Source: a virus. Taken from it: a stretch of 64,000 nucleotides of DNA. Positions 18,671-29,318 of the stretch are shown here, piece after piece. The notes under the pieces are model-generated. The model did not search any database, was not told the origin of the DNA, and saw only the letters and a program-made list of their open reading frames with translations. Both the position numbers and the translations under genes were made by a program. Positions within the stretch are counted from its first letter, which is position 1; each line of letters opens with the position of its first letter. Location: the IMG/VR virus record IMGVR_UViG_3300030106_005394, positions 8,705 to 72,704 of that record; one strand, written 5' to 3'.

Positions 18671-19578
18671 ACTGGGGACAATTCAAAGAAGCTGTAAGAA
18701 CTTACCTTTTGGTGGATGCCCAAAGGAAAGGAAGAGGTGTACAGAAGTACATTAACCAACTGATGCGCTCTGCGATCATAGACCTACAGCGTTATGTACC
18801 AGAGCTGCGAGCCACGACAATTGAAAGCTATAGGTCTAATGATATAGTAACTGACTGGAGTTCAACAAAGCAGTACGCCTTTGGTGATATAGTCACAAAA
18901 AGAAACCTTTCCGTAAACTCAAAGTATGGAGCACAATCTTATCAAGCCATCAGAGGAAGTGATGACGCAATCACCCAGCCGCCATTAGGCTCTGACCCAG
19001 AGACATCTTCTTACTGGGCTAAAGCAAATGTGCTGGCCCCAACAGAAGAAGGCGCCCATGAGGGAAGCTTTGACAAACAGTTCTCAATGGTTGATAGGGT
19101 TTACATAAGACAGTTCCCTATGGAGGGAGTAAATACCTTAGATAAAAGCGCATATCATCCAGTCAGGCAGATAGATTGGGACGACAGAGCTTTACTTTTG
19201 GATGGAAAGACTCCTCACAGAACAATATCATTTGGAGATGATGGGTTTATTTATGCTCCCCAGTTAGCCAAGGACGAGAAGTTACTTATTGAGTGGAGGG
19301 GCGAGAAGCATTTCGATACACCTGATTACTTTGAAACTACTAGGGATACCGAGGAGGTAGTATTTGATGAGCGTGAGGCTAAGGCCGTTGCGGAGTACAT
19401 TAAGGCGCATCTACAGCGTGAGGTCGATAAAGATTTAAATATGTACAAGTCTCACTCCACGCAATACCAGAAGGAGCGTCAGGAGATTTACAGAGAGCGA
19501 AGGGAGTACAAGCCAACCAGCCTAACTAATCCATACCCCGTATCTACCGCAACAGTTGGGCCATACCAAGTGAATTAA
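18667..19578 (+). CDS. Putative head-tail adaptor / tail tubular protein A with an inserted carbohydrate-binding-like module
   Basis: MNWGQFKEAVR...YINQ N-terminus typical of adaptors; internal WSSTKQYAFGDIV...YQA...YW. Confidence 0.55.
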   Translation: MNWGQFKEAVRTYLLVDAQRKGRGVQKYINQLMRSAIIDLQRYVPELRATTIESYRSNDIVTDWSSTKQYAFGDIVTKRNLSVNSKYGAQSYQAIRGSDDAITQPPLGSDPETSSYWAKANVLAPTEEGAHEGSFDKQFSMVDRVYIRQFPMEGVNTLDKSAYHPVRQIDWDDRALLLDGKTPHRTISFGDDGFIYAPQLAKDEKLLIEWRGEKHFDTPDYFETTRDTEEVVFDEREAKAVAEYIKAHLQREVDKDLNMYKSHSTQYQKERQEIYRERREYKPTSLTNPYPVSTATVGPYQVN

Positions 19579-19579
19579 G

Positions 19580-20440
19580 ATGACCACAGATACAACAACT
19601 AGGGATTTATTGAAGTCATACTTTCAGTATGGCGACACTCCAACGGAGGCACAGTTTGCCGATTTAATTAATAAGCTAGCTACAGTAGTTGAACTACAAG
19701 CAGAAGAGGATGCAAGGATTGCAGCCGATACCGCAGAAACAAGCGCTAGGGTAGCAGCAGATAATGCACTTGATGCAAAGATAACATCAAATGACGCTGA
19801 GTTTTCAGCAATACACGCTCTACTTGGAACACTTTCCCTAGCGCAAAACCTAGGCACATTTACTGGCGGAACCATACCCGACTCTTCTACTGTAAAGTCT
19901 GCACTGCAGTCCATAGAGACATATATAGAGACCCTAGCAACAAGTGCTACAGTTTCTGGACATAACAGTAGGATAGCAAGCCTAGAGGCCAATATAGGGC
20001 TAGACAGCTTTACATTCGCGTGCTCAGCGGAGATAGGAAACGTCTCAACGGGAACTGTCTGTACATTTAGGATGCCTTATGACTATAGCCTAGTTGATGT
20101 ACGTGGAGCACTTACCTCAGCATCATCAAGTGGCAATACATCATTTACTGTTGCGGTAAATGGATCAAACGTCACAAACCAGATAGACCTAGGCGTTGGA
20201 TCAAAGACTACATATTCAGCAGGAGCAGCAAGCTCACTTGTAGGCATAAATAGCTCACCCATTGGAATTACGATGGACTCAGAGATTACAGTTAGTGTTT
20301 CATCTGCTGGAACAGGAGCCTCTGGCCTCAAGGTAACTCTTGTCGGCTCCCTAGGCACGACAACAATAACATCCTCTGACGGGAACATAACATTCCCGAT
20401 AACATTCCCATACGGAACCACTTTAACCACTATATCTTAA
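19580..20440 (+). CDS. Virion fibre/structural protein
   Basis: LKSYFQYGDTPTEAQFADLI N-terminus, E..ARIAAD coiled-coil repeats, S/T/G-rich beta C-terminus. Confidence 0.65.
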   Translation: MTTDTTTRDLLKSYFQYGDTPTEAQFADLINKLATVVELQAEEDARIAADTAETSARVAADNALDAKITSNDAEFSAIHALLGTLSLAQNLGTFTGGTIPDSSTVKSALQSIETYIETLATSATVSGHNSRIASLEANIGLDSFTFACSAEIGNVSTGTVCTFRMPYDYSLVDVRGALTSASSSGNTSFTVAVNGSNVTNQIDLGVGSKTTYSAGAASSLVGINSSPIGITMDSEITVSVSSAGTGASGLKVTLVGSLGTTTITSSDGNITFPITFPYGTTLTTIS

Positions 20441-20712
20441 TGCCACGGAAGAAGTCCAAGAGGAAGCCCGCTAAGGGCAAAAGATTCACTAAGGTAGTAA
20501 AAAACCCAAAGACGGGTCGCTCCCGAAAAGTATCTTATGGACAGGCAGGCAAAGCCAAGGGCGGAGGGGATAGAATCCGTCCGGGCACCAAGAAGGGTGA
20601 TGCATACTGTGCACGCTCCGCAAAGATAAAGAAATGCAAGAACCCACCTTGCCCCAATGACCTTTCTCGTAAGAAGTGGAAATGCAGGGGTAAGAAATCC
20701 ATGAGGAAGTAG
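20440..20712 (+). CDS. Small very basic protein (DUF6321-like)
   Basis: RKVSYGQAG...PGTKKGDAYCARS...SRKKWKC. Confidence 0.65.
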   Translation: MPRKKSKRKPAKGKRFTKVVKNPKTGRSRKVSYGQAGKAKGGGDRIRPGTKKGDAYCARSAKIKKCKNPPCPNDLSRKKWKCRGKKSMRK

Positions 20713-20716
20713 GTCG

Positions 20717-22228
20717 ATGCCTATAAACCTCATAAACTCATACCGAATTCAAGTAGTCGGTTTGATTTCTGCCACAGCGGCAGGAGGTATTGCAGTTGGC
20801 GGTAGTGCTACGGCAAGCGCAATAGCCCCAGCTGTAGCATCGGCAAATATTTCACTTTCAGGATCAGCAACTGCATCAGTAGCAGTATCTGCACCAGCAT
20901 CAGCAACAGGCAATGTAGTTTTAACTGGAGCGTCTTCCGCTACAGCCCAAGGCATAACATTAAGCCCATCGGCATCTGGTGGTATCGTTATGTCTGGATC
21001 AGCGACATCATCATCAAATACGAATGTCTTGGGAAGTGCAGCAGGGGGCATAATATTTACTGGCACTGGGTCCGCAACGGCAACTACTTCAATATCAGCA
21101 ACTGCATCTGGTGGCATAGTCATAGGAGCATCAGCCACAGGAATTGCAAATATTCCAGTATCTGCAGTAGCGGCAGGAGGTATAGTTTTAACAGGATCAA
21201 CCGAATCTCCTACAGTAGAGTGCTGGCCACTAACATTCCCCATTACATTCCCAATCCCGTGTGGCGCTGGGAACATAACAGAATCCGCATCCGCAAGCGG
21301 GGGTATAGTATTAACAGGATCGGCTACAGCGAGCACATCATCGACAGCTTCAGCGGTAGCGGCAGGAGGTATTGTATTAACAGGATCGGCAGACGGAGCC
21401 GCACAGATGTCATCAACCGAAAACCCAGTAGCTACAGGCAATATAGTATTTGGTGGCAGTGCTACATCAACAACAAGCACAAACACTCCAGTATCTGCAG
21501 CGGCAACAGGTAACATAGTCATAGGAGGCTCCGCTACTGCAACAGCAATAACACAAGAAGGCCAAGTTGAAGCCTTAACTGATAAACTGCTCTGGCTGGA
21601 CGCTGAAAGCATAACAGGCAAAACCGATGGTGATAGTGTATCAAGCTGGACATCAAGGCACAGTAGTAGCGTAAGCGCGAGCAATAGCACATCTAGCACC
21701 CAGCCAGTATACAGTACAAACGAAATCAACAGTCTGCCAGCAATTGACTTTAATGCTGATTATTTAGAGGTAGACTACGGCAGCAACACATCACAACCAT
21801 TGACCGCCTTTATCGTTTGCAAATACGATGTTACGAGTGGCGGCGGTAGTAATAACGCAATAGACGGACGCGACGACCCTAGCGGATACCGAGGTGTAAA
21901 CTTCTCGATGCGTTCGACGGGCTGGGGTACATACGCAGGTAGTTCATGGGTCGCGCCAGCATCAGGTTCACCAGATACCAACTGGCACATATTTACGATC
22001 CACCTCAATGGTGCCTCCTCAACAATTCGCAAGGATTCAAGCGCACACGCAAGTGGAAATCCGGGTTCGCAAGGTACTAACGGACAGATTCTTGGAATGT
22101 GGAAAGGCAAAAACACCTCCTACTATATGAACGGAAAAATCGCTGAACTACTGATATTTGAAGGCACACTAAGCGACTCAAATCGTGATCTGTGTGAAGG
22201 CTACCTTGCGGGCAAATACAACCTCTAA
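20717..22228 (+). CDS. Repeat-rich fibre protein with C-terminal LamG/ConA-like domain
   Basis: Many A-x-A-x-GG/GN-IV-x-x-GSATA repeats; LWLDA...VSSW...QPVY...NGKIAELLIFEGTLS...EGYLAGKY. Confidence 0.75.
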   Translation: MPINLINSYRIQVVGLISATAAGGIAVGGSATASAIAPAVASANISLSGSATASVAVSAPASATGNVVLTGASSATAQGITLSPSASGGIVMSGSATSSSNTNVLGSAAGGIIFTGTGSATATTSISATASGGIVIGASATGIANIPVSAVAAGGIVLTGSTESPTVECWPLTFPITFPIPCGAGNITESASASGGIVLTGSATASTSSTASAVAAGGIVLTGSADGAAQMSSTENPVATGNIVFGGSATSTTSTNTPVSAAATGNIVIGGSATATAITQEGQVEALTDKLLWLDAESITGKTDGDSVSSWTSRHSSSVSASNSTSSTQPVYSTNEINSLPAIDFNADYLEVDYGSNTSQPLTAFIVCKYDVTSGGGSNNAIDGRDDPSGYRGVNFSMRSTGWGTYAGSSWVAPASGSPDTNWHIFTIHLNGASSTIRKDSSAHASGNPGSQGTNGQILGMWKGKNTSYYMNGKIAELLIFEGTLSDSNRDLCEGYLAGKYNL

Positions 22229-22482
22229 TGGCAAAGCAATACATACTGATCGACACTGTTTCTGAATGGGACGCTGCCAATCAACAGGCTGAAGATGCAC
22301 TAGGTATACCCAACGCCAATGCTGCTCAGTACGCAGAACGTCACACCATAGATAACCCTGACCACGCTGACTACGGCAAACACATACTGCCCGTAATGGA
22401 GGAAGTAGCGCATCTATTCAACGGGCAAACACTTTTAAACAATCCAGATGGAGGGTGGTACACCGAAGAAGAAGGCCCTTGA
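22228..22482 (+). CDS. Small acidic protein, possible fibre chaperone
   Basis: TAATG coupling to the fibre gene. Confidence 0.6.
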   Translation: MAKQYILIDTVSEWDAANQQAEDALGIPNANAAQYAERHTIDNPDHADYGKHILPVMEEVAHLFNGQTLLNNPDGGWYTEEEGP

Positions 22483-22507
22483 CACTATTAGCCAGAAGAC
22501 ATATTTT
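22479..22507 (+). promoter_or_regulatory. Sigma70-like promoter
   Basis: TTGACA-N17-TATTTT overlapping the upstream TGA stop. Confidence 0.55.
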
Positions 22508-22538
22508 TTCCACATACTAACCGCAACCTTATTTTATC

Positions 22539-23171
22539 ATGGCCCACGCATCCGCACAACTTGAAGACCTACTAGGCGACTACCTTATGACCTCAAACTC
22601 TGGCGGAAGTAGTCAGAGTACATATAGTAATACTAGTTATAGCACAAGCACTCTATCTAGTGTCTATACCTACTCAGACCTACAGGGCAACCTGACCAGC
22701 CAGAACAGCAATAGCGCATACTACTTTCAGCTTGCACTAGCAACGGATTCCAGTCTGGCCGCAAGATTTGACACATTTACCGAGGTAAGTGGAAATGGCT
22801 ACACCAGAGTTCCTCTTGTTAGTACAACGCTAAATGGAGGTTCTGGAACAGGCATCGTATTTGCCCAAGGCACCTGTGATACCGCTGGATACGACCAAGG
22901 TAATTGTTCTGGCACATGGACAGCCAATACCGCTGGTGAATACAAGAATATTCAAGCTGTTTCATTCCCTCAGTCTTCTGGGGCTTGGAATAGTAGTAGT
23001 GCAATTCCTTATGCTGTCATTGTTTACAGTGAGGATGATGTGTCGCTAAGCAATAGCGCCGCATGGATTCCGCTCTTGGCAATGCCGATTGCAAGTGGAG
23101 GAGTTACGGTGTCTGGAACAAATACTACTGTCACGTTTGGCGTAGGCGACCTCAAGTACACAATAGCTTAA
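22539..23171 (+). CDS. Virion structural protein (tail fibre-associated family)
   Basis: EVSGNGYTRV...N...VSFPQSSGAW...VTFGVGDL pattern seen in phage fibre/decoration proteins. Confidence 0.6.
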   Translation: MAHASAQLEDLLGDYLMTSNSGGSSQSTYSNTSYSTSTLSSVYTYSDLQGNLTSQNSNSAYYFQLALATDSSLAARFDTFTEVSGNGYTRVPLVSTTLNGGSGTGIVFAQGTCDTAGYDQGNCSGTWTANTAGEYKNIQAVSFPQSSGAWNSSSAIPYAVIVYSEDDVSLSNSAAWIPLLAMPIASGGVTVSGTNTTVTFGVGDLKYTIA

Positions 23172-23192
23172 CCTTGATACCCACAGCATCCC

Positions 23193-25187
23193 ATGGCTAA
23201 CATAAACTTCGACACCTCCGTTACGGGGTGGACTGCTGCTAGTGGTAGTGCCACAGCAGTTCCAAGCTCCATCAGTAAGACTATGTTTGAGTCCATGCTG
23301 ACTGGGCTAACTCCACAATCAGACTTCTTCGACCGATCCATCGTAGTCAACGAGTCAGGCACAAGTACATATGACTTCCGAGTAGAGTCAGACAGTCAAA
23401 CCCACGCTCTATTCGTTGACTCAAGTGCGGATACAGTTTTCATCAATACAGACGCAACAGTAGGCTTCCCAAGTGGAATGTCTGCATCTGACTTCCATTT
23501 AGTTGGCAAGGGTAGTGCATTGTTTGTAGAGGATGGCACAGGTTCCCCAACGGAGTTACGAGTTCTGGACGCAACTGACAGTGGGGAGGCAAATATCTTT
23601 GCACAAGCTACAGGCACTAGCAGTTATGGTAGATTGATCCTAAGGGGCACTGAAGGTGCGAGTATCGACCTTCAAGATACGGCCGAGACCAATGATAGGC
23701 TTACTATAACAAATGAAGCAGGTAAGATTGATTTCGACATATACAACACATCCAATACTAAGGTTGCCGACCCCCTCCAGATCGACACCGCAACAGGTAA
23801 CGTAGGTATCGGTGGAGCTGCTGCTACTTCTACGTATGAGCTAAAGGTGTATGGCAATACACAGATAGTCGGAGATAATTCTGCCAGTTCGACTGAATTG
23901 ATAATAACAGAATCTTCTGATACTGCAGCCATAATACTTGAAGGCACTACTGGCTCATCTCAGCACATAAGAACGCTAACAAGTGGACAGGCTGAGATAT
24001 TCCTTACTACCACAGCAGGAACTGTAGGGTCAGCCAACAACTCCCTCAATATCAGGGTTGATGGAACAAGCACGGACTTTCTTATATATGACTATGACAC
24101 CTCAGGTGGACATAGTAACGGCCAAGCATTCTTGGATGTAGACAACGCCACAACCAGCGTAGGTATCGGCGGAAATGCAGACACCAACTATCAACTAAAG
24201 GTAGTAGGTGACACATGGGCTTATGGTAAGCTTAGTATTGGAACTTCCAGTACGATAGCCGACAACCCATACCTGTTAGTGTTTTCTGCTTCTGACACTG
24301 ACATTATAAGCGCAACTTCATCTGGGTCTACACTTACTGCTTCCGAATTTGGACTGGTAGTATCGGGAGATCCTGCTGGCCATATTGTTGCTGCTGTACG
24401 AGCCAATGACGCAAATGATGCTTTTATTGTAGCCGTACCAGATACAGTCGCAAGCGGAACAACTAGCCCCAACTGCGATAAGAGCGTATTTAGGGCCACC
24501 TACAATTCGGTTATAATCAACGAAGATAGCCGTGACGTAGACTTCCGAGTAGAGTCTGACGCCAACGCCAATATGCTAATTGTTGATGGCGGTCTTAACG
24601 CAGTAGGCATCGGCAATACTCCCCTAACAGGGTATGAGTTGACAGTTGACGGGCAGGTACTCATAGGTGCGAATGCACTTACGGGTACTGGTGCAACTGC
24701 ATCTACTTTTGCAAGCACATATGGGCCAAGCGGAACGAACCCTGCCGAGGTCATTATAACACAAGGCGCAGATTCCACAGGAACTACACTTTTAGTACAA
24801 AGTAGTGCAGCCAACAATGACTCTACTTCTATAGATAACGCCACTATTTCCATCCAAGGCAACGGGGAACCATTGTTGCAACTTTATGACACCAACGGGA
24901 CTGGCAATATAACCCACATATATCACAAAGAGGATGCGTTTAATGTGGATTGGTCGATGACCAATGGGAGTACCGCATCTGGAGATACCCATAAGATACT
25001 TAGGGCGACCTCAAGCCACGATCTCGCATTAACTGTTAATACTTCAGCAATGGGAGTTGGTACTGGGACAGCCCAGATGGGGGGACAGATGATAAACTTT
25101 TACATAGATGGCAGTAACCTGAAGGTGCAATACGTTGCGGCTGACGGAACTACCACGACAACGGGAACGGTAGCTACACTAAGTTAA
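23193..25187 (+). CDS. Tail fibre protein
   Basis: Repeated DFRVESD and GNVGIG-type motifs; S/T/G-rich. Confidence 0.8.
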   Translation: MANINFDTSVTGWTAASGSATAVPSSISKTMFESMLTGLTPQSDFFDRSIVVNESGTSTYDFRVESDSQTHALFVDSSADTVFINTDATVGFPSGMSASDFHLVGKGSALFVEDGTGSPTELRVLDATDSGEANIFAQATGTSSYGRLILRGTEGASIDLQDTAETNDRLTITNEAGKIDFDIYNTSNTKVADPLQIDTATGNVGIGGAAATSTYELKVYGNTQIVGDNSASSTELIITESSDTAAIILEGTTGSSQHIRTLTSGQAEIFLTTTAGTVGSANNSLNIRVDGTSTDFLIYDYDTSGGHSNGQAFLDVDNATTSVGIGGNADTNYQLKVVGDTWAYGKLSIGTSSTIADNPYLLVFSASDTDIISATSSGSTLTASEFGLVVSGDPAGHIVAAVRANDANDAFIVAVPDTVASGTTSPNCDKSVFRATYNSVIINEDSRDVDFRVESDANANMLIVDGGLNAVGIGNTPLTGYELTVDGQVLIGANALTGTGATASTFASTYGPSGTNPAEVIITQGADSTGTTLLVQSSAANNDSTSIDNATISIQGNGEPLLQLYDTNGTGNITHIYHKEDAFNVDWSMTNGSTASGDTHKILRATSSHDLALTVNTSAMGVGTGTAQMGGQMINFYIDGSNLKVQYVAADGTTTTTGTVATLS

Positions 25188-25366
25188 TGAATAAGGACGA
25201 AGTTGCGGAAAAAAAACAAGAACTGGAGGGACTACTCCGCCAAACACAGGATCAGCTCAAAGCACTAAGCACTCAAGAACAGAGAGTAATCGGCGCTTTG
25301 GCACTCCTGCAAGACATAGAGTCTGGCGCAGAGGAGAAACCACCAGTGAAGAGAGCTAAGAAGTAA
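25187..25366 (+). CDS. Small coiled-coil protein (59 aa, not in ORF track), possible fibre chaperone
   Basis: TAATG coupling; MNKDEVAEKKQELEGLLRQTQDQLKALSTQEQRVIGALALLQDIE... Confidence 0.65.
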   Translation: MNKDEVAEKKQELEGLLRQTQDQLKALSTQEQRVIGALALLQDIESGAEEKPPVKRAKK

Positions 25367-25373
25367 TGCTTCA

Positions 25374-28300
25374 ATGGCAAAAAAGAGATATGTCCACAAG
25401 ACCGTAAGGCCCTCTGATGGCGGTCGGCTACTGACCGCTACATCCGAGGAGACTGTGGGTATATCCAATTATGTCGAGAAGCTAAACTTCCGAAGAGAGC
25501 TAGACGGCGAAATTCGCCGCGAAGGCTGGAAGCTATTAGATGGCCATCAAAACATAAAGGATGGCGATATGGATGTGTCTGGATCGGTAAGACTTCTTCA
25601 TGAGTTTACCGACCACCTAGGCAATCCTAGGCTATTAGCTGAAAGAAACGGGAATATATTTGCATTTGTTCCAACCACGGGAACCGAGTACTGCACGCAC
25701 ACTCCAAGTAGGGCGGCTGTATTGGTGGTAACCAAGGTTTCGGGCGGAGCAATTACTGAGGTTATACCCAGAGATAAGGGGTATGGATATCCTGCTGGAT
25801 ACGTTACCCTCACGGCTGGCTCTGGCGGGGCAAGCCTTACAGCTAATGTAGTTGGTACATATATAGATACAGTATCTGTAGTAAGTGGAGGATCTGGTTA
25901 TTCTGTAGGGGATTTAGTTACTGCAACTATAGATAGATATGATGCCATAGAAAGCTCACAGGCCTACTGGAATGAAGCAGAGGGAGTGTCTGGATGGAAG
26001 CTTATTGCTAGTGGTCTTCACCATTTAGATGACGGGACTTCTGGAGTTCGCAGATGGGAATGCGTGGAGGTTGATGGGCATGCGATACTTAATAATGGCT
26101 TTGATCTTCCATTGATCTATAAGTCAGATTGGGATTCAGCTAAACCACTTTATGGTCTTCGAGAAAATAAGGTGGCTAGCGTTGGGACGATACAAAGCTT
26201 CGACGGCCGATTGGTGTGTGGCGATATAGTAGAAATAGATAAGGGATTCGATTTAGTAAGGGGAAGCTCATCTGGTGCTTACTCATGCGTATATGATCTA
26301 TCTGGATACGGGTCAGACATAACAACAAGGAGGAATCAGTACAGCCTGTTGTGGTCTGCCTACGGAGAGCCTTGGCTTTTCAATCAATCTCTGGACGTAT
26401 CAATTGAAAGAAACTCAGTTATATGTGCGTCGACCCACTCAGACTTTGCTGCAAATAAAACCAACGCAACATTCAGCGTAGGTGATCCAGTATACGTAAC
26501 GGGCGCAGGCCAGCATGGTGGCAGACTTTCCCTGAAGCACGGAGGAAATGCAACCATAACTGGAATCACAGGTCAGAGTGCAAACGATGTATTTACCAAG
26601 ACCAAGCATGGCCTTGATGACGGAGAGCGTATTCGGGTCATACAGCATGATGGCGGTGGCCCTATTGAGGGAGATGATTATTATGTAGTCTACCTAACCG
26701 AGGATACATTTAAGCTTTCTATTACCCAAACCAGACAAGCCAAGGCAACCCCGACACTTAACGGATCGACTCTATCCATAAAAATAGATGACCATGGTGC
26801 AGGATATCAGAGCGCACCAGCGGTAACAGTTACTGGATTTACCCAGAGTTCTGGCACTGCTCCAGTAGCTGTAATAAGCTCAATAGGCCAAGTCGTAAAG
26901 GTAGCCGACACATTAAACTGGTCAACGACTACAGCCACGGCTCCAGCAGTAGAGATAGCAAGGCCAGCATCTACACCAGTAGACATAACAACATCAATGA
27001 CGTCCATGATAATAACCAAGCCAGACTTGGTTGATTCATATCGTGCCATCCTTGATGAAGCAATAGCCCAAGTCAGTAAGGTGGGGATAACAAGGACTGT
27101 ACCATCAAGTGCCCCGACAGTGGCATTCGCATATCAGATTTCCATAAATAACGAAGTTTATTTACTAACCAATGACCCGACAGCTAGCCCAGCAGTTGAG
27201 GACTTTGCTTGGGATTCAACGGCAGAAACTATAGCCAAACAGTTTGCGGACAAGATAAACTCTGATTCTACCGAGGTTACTGCCACATCCGATAAGGATG
27301 GATTGACGCTAACTGCCAAGATGGCAGGTTCTGGTTTTAGTTTGGGCGTATCAGACTCAGACACAGATGGTGATATTACTAGCTCAACAACCACACTTAA
27401 TTCCGCCGAGGGTGCATCCGATTCAGATTTAGATGAGGCATATATAGAGCTGTATGGAACACAGAGGGGATTTGAGGATGAAGCCTTGTCCTTTAATAAT
27501 GCAATTACCATAACCGACATAGAGGGTCCGTTTGGTATGATAGTTGCAAATGGCGCATTAGTCCCAACGCCAACATCATCATATCTGCCACAGTATGATA
27601 TAACTTTTGTAATAGATGCTGGATTGCCATCTGAAATAACCGAAACGATTCGGTATGACTTTGCGACTTGGTATAATTCTGGAGGATACTCCTCTTACTC
27701 CACTTCTAGTTACCCAGATATAGTAGGCTCTGCATTTGTGGCTGGCCTTGCTAGGACAGTATACGACCACCCAGTATTAGGTAATAAAGTAAAGGTATCA
27801 GCCTACGGCTTTGATACCAAGCAACCTTATATGTGGTACTGGCCAGAAGAGGTAGGAGGTACAGTAGACATAACAGCAATACAGCGTGTAGGATCTACAT
27901 CATATACTGGACAAGATGACCCTTGGGAGAACATAGCAACATGGGCCACAGAAATAAGTGGAGGCTACTATTACCATGCCTCAGCAGGATACTTTTATTG
28001 GGATGGATCAAGCGAGTGGGTATATGTTGCGTATGATGCCTCTGGAGCAAACACAACCCCAGCATGGGTTTACGTAGGCAGGTATGACGATTCCTTTTAT
28101 TTCACGGATGGGCTGGCGACATACAAGCCTAAGCCCGAGTGGCAAAGACGCATATATCTTGATGCCTATGCCGAAACTACAAACACCACGGCAGAACTTC
28201 ATAGAAGCGTAAGCATAGCTGGCGGTATAGTATTTGATATTAGTCTTGGGTCTGGCTACCAAGACTGGCAGGAGGATGGTTCCACGATAATGAAGATGGA

Positions 28301-29318
28301 GCCAATAGGAGATCACCTCGCTTGCTACAGAGAGAACGGATACTTCATTACTAGCCAAACAGGTGACGTAAAGAACCCCTTCTCATTTAAAACCAGATAC
28401 GTAGGCAGAAACGTACCTTCATTCCGACACACAGTTATGCTCGTTGGTGGCAAGAAGCATGTGTACGCTGGATATGAGGGCATATATGAACTTTCATTAG
28501 CTCAACCCCAGCCTATACCATCAGTTGAGTTGGCCGCTGCAACAGACTTCTGGGAGGAGATAAGCGAAGCGGAATCAGAATATGTATTTGCGATTGATAA
28601 TGTCGTAACAAGTGAGCACTTTATACATTTACCCAAGGGATATAAGACTGGCTCCAGTATCCATACTATAGCCTTTGACTATAAGTATGGATCTGTATCG
28701 GAGATGGATGCGGAGATAACTGCTTCAGCTTCATGCAGACAGCCATCTACTGATGTAAATCCTGCACCAAATGACTATAGCGATTACATTTTCCTGATGT
28801 CGATAGACGATGCCTCTGGCAATGGTCATTATGTAGCCAAGTACGGACTGGAGGCGGCATCTGGAAATCAGCCTAGGAGTGCAATTTACTATAGGCATGA
28901 TATATTCAAGAATCAGATAGCTTACGACTCAAAGCTGAGATTCGGACTTATTGCTTTTGGGGACACATTTAACGAGAAGGATATGCGGTCATATATCCTA
29001 CATACAGCTGATGTTAATGCATCTGTAGGTGTTGAGGTCTACACTGCATATACTACTGCGGCAACAGCATCTGAAAAGTTTCTATTCGGTGAAGAGAATG
29101 ACCCGAATACAGCAATTATATTGAGCGATTTAAAAAACGAGAATGCTATACCTCTATACCTGCGAGCACCTTTATTCCAAGATCAACTAGTCGTTACAGG
29201 TACTACTGCAGGAAATTCAATTAAGTTTCTAGGGAGAACCTTTGAGGTCGGAGGCGTGTATGATCGGGCTGCAATGCAGATGATAGGCATAGGAGGTTCA
29301 GTAGATGTCTCTAGTTAA
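25374..29318 (+). CDS. Tail tubular/nozzle protein B-like (DNA stabilisation) with inserted accessory domains
   Basis: Position before the ejection genes, beta-rich N- and C-terminal parts, internal GxGY repeats and a HGL..G..I...YYV...DTFKLS module. Confidence 0.6.
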   Translation: MAKKRYVHKTVRPSDGGRLLTATSEETVGISNYVEKLNFRRELDGEIRREGWKLLDGHQNIKDGDMDVSGSVRLLHEFTDHLGNPRLLAERNGNIFAFVPTTGTEYCTHTPSRAAVLVVTKVSGGAITEVIPRDKGYGYPAGYVTLTAGSGGASLTANVVGTYIDTVSVVSGGSGYSVGDLVTATIDRYDAIESSQAYWNEAEGVSGWKLIASGLHHLDDGTSGVRRWECVEVDGHAILNNGFDLPLIYKSDWDSAKPLYGLRENKVASVGTIQSFDGRLVCGDIVEIDKGFDLVRGSSSGAYSCVYDLSGYGSDITTRRNQYSLLWSAYGEPWLFNQSLDVSIERNSVICASTHSDFAANKTNATFSVGDPVYVTGAGQHGGRLSLKHGGNATITGITGQSANDVFTKTKHGLDDGERIRVIQHDGGGPIEGDDYYVVYLTEDTFKLSITQTRQAKATPTLNGSTLSIKIDDHGAGYQSAPAVTVTGFTQSSGTAPVAVISSIGQVVKVADTLNWSTTTATAPAVEIARPASTPVDITTSMTSMIITKPDLVDSYRAILDEAIAQVSKVGITRTVPSSAPTVAFAYQISINNEVYLLTNDPTASPAVEDFAWDSTAETIAKQFADKINSDSTEVTATSDKDGLTLTAKMAGSGFSLGVSDSDTDGDITSSTTTLNSAEGASDSDLDEAYIELYGTQRGFEDEALSFNNAITITDIEGPFGMIVANGALVPTPTSSYLPQYDITFVIDAGLPSEITETIRYDFATWYNSGGYSSYSTSSYPDIVGSAFVAGLARTVYDHPVLGNKVKVSAYGFDTKQPYMWYWPEEVGGTVDITAIQRVGSTSYTGQDDPWENIATWATEISGGYYYHASAGYFYWDGSSEWVYVAYDASGANTTPAWVYVGRYDDSFYFTDGLATYKPKPEWQRRIYLDAYAETTNTTAELHRSVSIAGGIVFDISLGSGYQDWQEDGSTIMKMEPIGDHLACYRENGYFITSQTGDVKNPFSFKTRYVGRNVPSFRHTVMLVGGKKHVYAGYEGIYELSLAQPQPIPSVELAAATDFWEEISEAESEYVFAIDNVVTSEHFIHLPKGYKTGSSIHTIAFDYKYGSVSEMDAEITASASCRQPSTDVNPAPNDYSDYIFLMSIDDASGNGHYVAKYGLEAASGNQPRSAIYYRHDIFKNQIAYDSKLRFGLIAFGDTFNEKDMRSYILHTADVNASVGVEVYTAYTTAATASEKFLFGEENDPNTAIILSDLKNENAIPLYLRAPLFQDQLVVTGTTAGNSIKFLGRTFEVGGVYDRAAMQMIGIGGSVDVSS

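Noticed and set aside
20749-21729. 326-aa antisense ORF
   Set aside because: Mirror of the Ala/Ser/Thr/Gly repeat fibre gene, whose codons give few antisense stops
23370-24560. Repeated GACTTCCGAGTAGAGTC as a DGR or invertible-segment signal
   Set aside because: Encodes the recurring DFRVESD fibre motif; no reverse transcriptase, no adenine-specific variation and no inverted orientation
26592-26720. E1 FCCH-like beta-barrel in the tail protein as a link to the Ubl system
   Set aside because: This module is common in phage tail proteins and is non-catalytic; nothing links it to the cassette
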